Source of the DNA: Burkholderiales bacterium
Lineage (GTDB): Bacteria > Pseudomonadota > Gammaproteobacteria > Burkholderiales > SG8-41
Assembly: GCA_035259205.1 (NCBI GenBank)
Contig: DATFWO010000318.1
Location: 7,954 to 71,953 of the forward strand
Length of the DNA stretch: 64,000 bases
Direction of reading: 5' to 3'
Position 1 is the first letter of the stretch, and every line of letters begins with the position of its first letter. Positions 61,415 to 64,000 of this stretch are shown here, in pieces. The notes under the pieces are model-generated. The model saw only the letters and a program-made list of their open reading frames with translations, was not told the origin of the DNA and ran no database searches. The translations under genes and the position numbers were made by a program.

Positions 61415-62569
61415 ATGCACGTATTCAAGCTGATTTTCAAGAACGCGCTGCGCCACAAATTGCGTACCGCACTGACGGTCGTCGGCCTGCTGGTCGCGGT
61501 GCTCGCGTACGGGCTGCTGCAGACCGTGGTCGACGCGTGGTATGCCGGCGCGCAGGCCGCTTCCAGCGGGCGCCTGATCACGCGCAATTCGATATCCCTG
61601 GTGTTTTCCATGCCCGTCAGCTATGAGGCGCGTATCCGCGCCGTGGAGGGGGTGACGACAGTTGCACGGTCGAACTGGTTCGGCGGTGTCTATCAGGACA
61701 GCAGGAAGTTTTTCGCGCAATTCGCGGTATCCGACAACTATCTCGATCTCTACCCCGAGTTCGTGCTGCCCGCAGCCGAGCGTCAGGCCTGGCTGCGCGA
61801 TCGCAAGGGATGCGTCGTGGGAAGGCAGCTTGCCGAGCTCTACGGATTCAAGGTAGGCGACGTGCTGCCCCTGCGCGGCACCATTTTTCCAGGGACCTGG
61901 GAGTTCGTGGTGCGGGGGATATTCGACGGCAGTGACAGCACCAAGATCACCCGGCATATGCTGTTTCACTGGGACTACCTCAACGAGACGTTGCGCAAGA
62001 CCGCCAGACAGCGCGCCGACCAGGCGGGAATCTACATCGTGGGCATCGAGCATCCGGAAAACGCGGCGGCCGTCGCGCGGGCGATCGATGCGACGTTCAA
62101 GAACTCGCTGGCCGAGACCCTCACGGAATCCGAGCAGGCGTTCCAGCTCGGATTCGTCGCGATGTCGAACGAGATCATCGCCGCGATCCGGCTGGTCTCG
62201 TACGTCGTGATCCTGATCATCATGGCGGTAATGGCGAATACGATGGCGATGAGCGCGCGCGAGCGCACGCCCGAGTATGCGACGCTCAAGGCGCTCGGCT
62301 TCGGCCCGGGATTTCTCGCGCTGCTGATCTTCGGAGAATCGCTGGCGATCGCCGCGGTCGGCGGAGGACTCGGCGTCCTCGCGACGCCGCCAGCAGCGCA
62401 GGGGTTCAAGCATTTTGCGGGGACCTATTTCCCCGTATTCGAAGTGTCGGTCCTCACGCTCGGCCTGCAGTCGCTGTGCGCGGCGGTGGTCGGCGTCGCC
62501 GCGGCGGTCGTCCCTGCGATCCGCGTCTCTCACATACGCATCGCCGAGGGGCTGCGGGCGATCGGGTAG
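61415..62569 (+). CDS. ABC transporter permease (FtsX family), subunit 1
   Basis: MHVFKLIFKNALRHKLRTALT, a periplasmic loop and the FtsX C-terminal TM bundle (RTPEYATLKALGFG). Confidence 0.8.
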   Translation: MHVFKLIFKNALRHKLRTALTVVGLLVAVLAYGLLQTVVDAWYAGAQAASSGRLITRNSISLVFSMPVSYEARIRAVEGVTTVARSNWFGGVYQDSRKFFAQFAVSDNYLDLYPEFVLPAAERQAWLRDRKGCVVGRQLAELYGFKVGDVLPLRGTIFPGTWEFVVRGIFDGSDSTKITRHMLFHWDYLNETLRKTARQRADQAGIYIVGIEHPENAAAVARAIDATFKNSLAETLTESEQAFQLGFVAMSNEIIAAIRLVSYVVILIIMAVMANTMAMSARERTPEYATLKALGFGPGFLALLIFGESLAIAAVGGGLGVLATPPAAQGFKHFAGTYFPVFEVSVLTLGLQSLCAAVVGVAAAVVPAIRVSHIRIAEGLRAIG

Positions 62570-62589
62570 GCATCGTGGCCGTTCCGTAC

Positions 62590-63741
62590 ATGTATGTTGC
62601 TCGCAACCTGTGGACGCGGCGACTTACCACCGCGCTCACCGCGGGCGGTCTGGCGCTGGTCGTCTACGTCTTCACTACGGTGCTCATGCTGGACGCAGGG
62701 CTCAAGCGTACCCTCGTGACTACGGGCGAGTACGACAACGTGATCGTCATCCGCAAGGGCGCCGAGACCGAGATCCAGAGCGGCATCTACCGCGATCAGG
62801 CGGCGATCGTCGAAATGCATCCGGCCGTGGCACTCGGCCCCGGCGGCGAGCGCATGGCGTCGAAGGAAACCGTAGTGCTGATATCTCTTGCCAGGCGCGG
62901 GGACGACAAGCCCTCCAACGTCGTCATACGCGGCACCTCCGCGACGGGGCTCATGCTGCGACCGCAGGTAAGGCTCTCCGCAGGACGCATGTTCCGCCCT
63001 GGCACGTCCGAGATCGTCGTGGGCAGGAGCATCGCCGCCCGGTTCGAAGACGCGGACATCGGTGACGTGCTGCGCTTCGCGCAGCGCGACTGGATCGTCG
63101 TGGGGAGCTTCGATGCCGCGGGCAGCGGGTTCGACTCCGAGGTGTGGGGGGACGTCGAGCAGCTGATGCAGTCGTTTCGCCGCATCGCGTACTCCTCGAT
63201 GGTCGTGCGCCTCGCCGATACCGGGGCCTACGAACGCTTCAAGTCGGATATCGACGCGGATCCGCGGCTCAGCAACGAGAGCAAGCGCGAGCAGGTTTTC
63301 TACAGCGACCAGTCGCGAGTGCTGTCGAACTTCATCAGCATCCTCGGGTTGACGCTGTCGGCCATCTTCTCGATCGGCGCGATGATCGGCGCGATGATCA
63401 CGATGTACGCTTCGGTCGCAAACCGGGTGGGGGAGATCGGCACGCTGCGCGCGCTGGGATTTACACGGCGGGCAGTGCTCGGCGCCTTTCTCTTCGAGTC
63501 GCTGCTCCTGGGACTCGTGGGCGGAGCGGCGGGCCTGGTGCCGGCCTCGTTCATGCAGCTCGCGTCCTTCTCCACGATCAATTTCCAGACCTTTGCCGAC
63601 CTTTCCTTCCGCTTCGTCCTCACGCCCGGTATCGCTTTTCAGGCGCTGCTCTTCGCGTTGGTCATGGGCCTGATCGGCGGCTTCCTGCCCGCGGTGCGCG
63701 CAGCCAGGCTCAACATCGTCGATGCGCTGCGTGCTGCCTGA
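62590..63741 (+). CDS. ABC transporter permease (FtsX family), subunit 2
   Basis: MYVARNLWTRRLTTALTAGG and the FtsX C-terminal domain (VGEIGTLRALGFTR). The GTG at 62575 is an alternative start. Confidence 0.8.
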   Translation: MYVARNLWTRRLTTALTAGGLALVVYVFTTVLMLDAGLKRTLVTTGEYDNVIVIRKGAETEIQSGIYRDQAAIVEMHPAVALGPGGERMASKETVVLISLARRGDDKPSNVVIRGTSATGLMLRPQVRLSAGRMFRPGTSEIVVGRSIAARFEDADIGDVLRFAQRDWIVVGSFDAAGSGFDSEVWGDVEQLMQSFRRIAYSSMVVRLADTGAYERFKSDIDADPRLSNESKREQVFYSDQSRVLSNFISILGLTLSAIFSIGAMIGAMITMYASVANRVGEIGTLRALGFTRRAVLGAFLFESLLLGLVGGAAGLVPASFMQLASFSTINFQTFADLSFRFVLTPGIAFQALLFALVMGLIGGFLPAVRAARLNIVDALRAA

Positions 63742-63761
63742 GCCGCGCGACGGTTTCTAGC

Positions 63762-63778
63762 TGTCGAGGATTTTTACA
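63762..63778 (+). promoter_or_regulatory. 17-bp box copy (TGTCGAGGATTTTTACA), distal site of a pair
   Basis: Lies 21 nt after the permease stop, plus orientation, pointing at a gene beyond the window end. Confidence 0.55.
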
Positions 63779-63894
63779 ACAAAGACGAGAGGGGACGAGC
63801 GTATGGGTCGCTGCAGAGACACAATTTTTCAATTGGTTAGCGCACGAACCGGGTCCAGGGGGCTGAGGCCCATTCCCAATTCCGACCTGAACTC

Positions 63895-63911
63895 TGTCGG
63901 AAAATTTTACA
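63895..63911 (+). promoter_or_regulatory. 17-bp box copy (TGTCGGAAAATTTTACA), proximal site of a pair
   Basis: This is the best consensus copy, 133 bp from the distal copy. The target promoter or gene is presumably at or beyond position 64000. Confidence 0.6.
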
Positions 63912-64000
63912 GCGCCGCATTCGCACCGCCATGGGGCACCCGGCTAATCAGCAGGACAAACAGCAACTTGTACCGCAAATTTGATTTCTGGTACGGTCTA

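Noticed and set aside
59190-62533. Antisense ORFs 59190..60971, 60229..61611 and 61391..62533 (-)
   Set aside because: They lie opposite a contiguous adaptor, ATPase and permease operon with clear Walker and FtsX motifs. Their composition is typical of high-GC antisense frames.
1-64000. Looked for CRISPR arrays, IS elements or transposases, integrases, tRNA/rRNA genes and prophage genes
   Set aside because: No spaced direct-repeat arrays, terminal inverted repeats, transposase-like ORFs or tRNA-like structures were noticed by eye. The only integrase-like sequence is the degenerate domain fused to the Wzz-like protein. A tRNA or ncRNA scan was not possible here.

Overview
This window is a high-GC proteobacterial exopolysaccharide and PEP-CTERM (exosortase-type) protein-sorting locus. 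It is almost fully coding, and I saw no rRNA, tRNA, CRISPR array or intact mobile element. Recognisable content: the PrsK/PrsR two-component pair (sensor kinase plus sigma-54 activator); four paralogous PrsT-like TPR lipoproteins of about 920-935 aa; and three PEP-CTERM substrate genes. There is also a PEP-CTERM-locus type priming sugar transferase, a Wzz/PCP-like chain-length protein, and a giant VanZ/O-antigen-ligase-like membrane protein. Nucleotide-sugar genes are present (ManC, a TviB/WbpO-like dehydrogenase, a TviC/WbpP-like epimerase), plus TPR-fused glycosyltransferases. An exosortase-associated N-acyl amino acid synthase-like gene sits beside a LolA-like protein. Two MacB/FtsX-type ABC exporter sets, a DUF1302-like outer-membrane barrel and a 1157-aa coiled-coil/AsmA-like protein complete the list. 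No exosortase (EpsH), Wza-type channel or BY-kinase is visible in these 64 kb. The main signal not explained by the ORFs is regulatory. A 17-bp box, TGTCGG-N5-TTTTACA, occurs 10 times, only in intergenic DNA and always oriented toward the downstream gene. Eight well-spaced sigma-54 -24/-12 promoters (TGGC-N8-TTGC) lie in front of PEP-CTERM genes, the sugar-transferase-prsK-prsR operon, and several small or unexpected genes. Other points worth a second look are listed in the findings. They include a duplicated module (a divergent PrsT paralog plus a conserved small protein of about 77-85 aa) and a Wzz-like protein with a degenerate tyrosine-recombinase-like cytoplasmic domain where a kinase is expected. 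They also include an ABC ATPase separated by about 10 kb from its likely permeases, with a LysR pseudogene at the edge of the intervening block. All functional calls come from motif recognition by eye; no database search was run.
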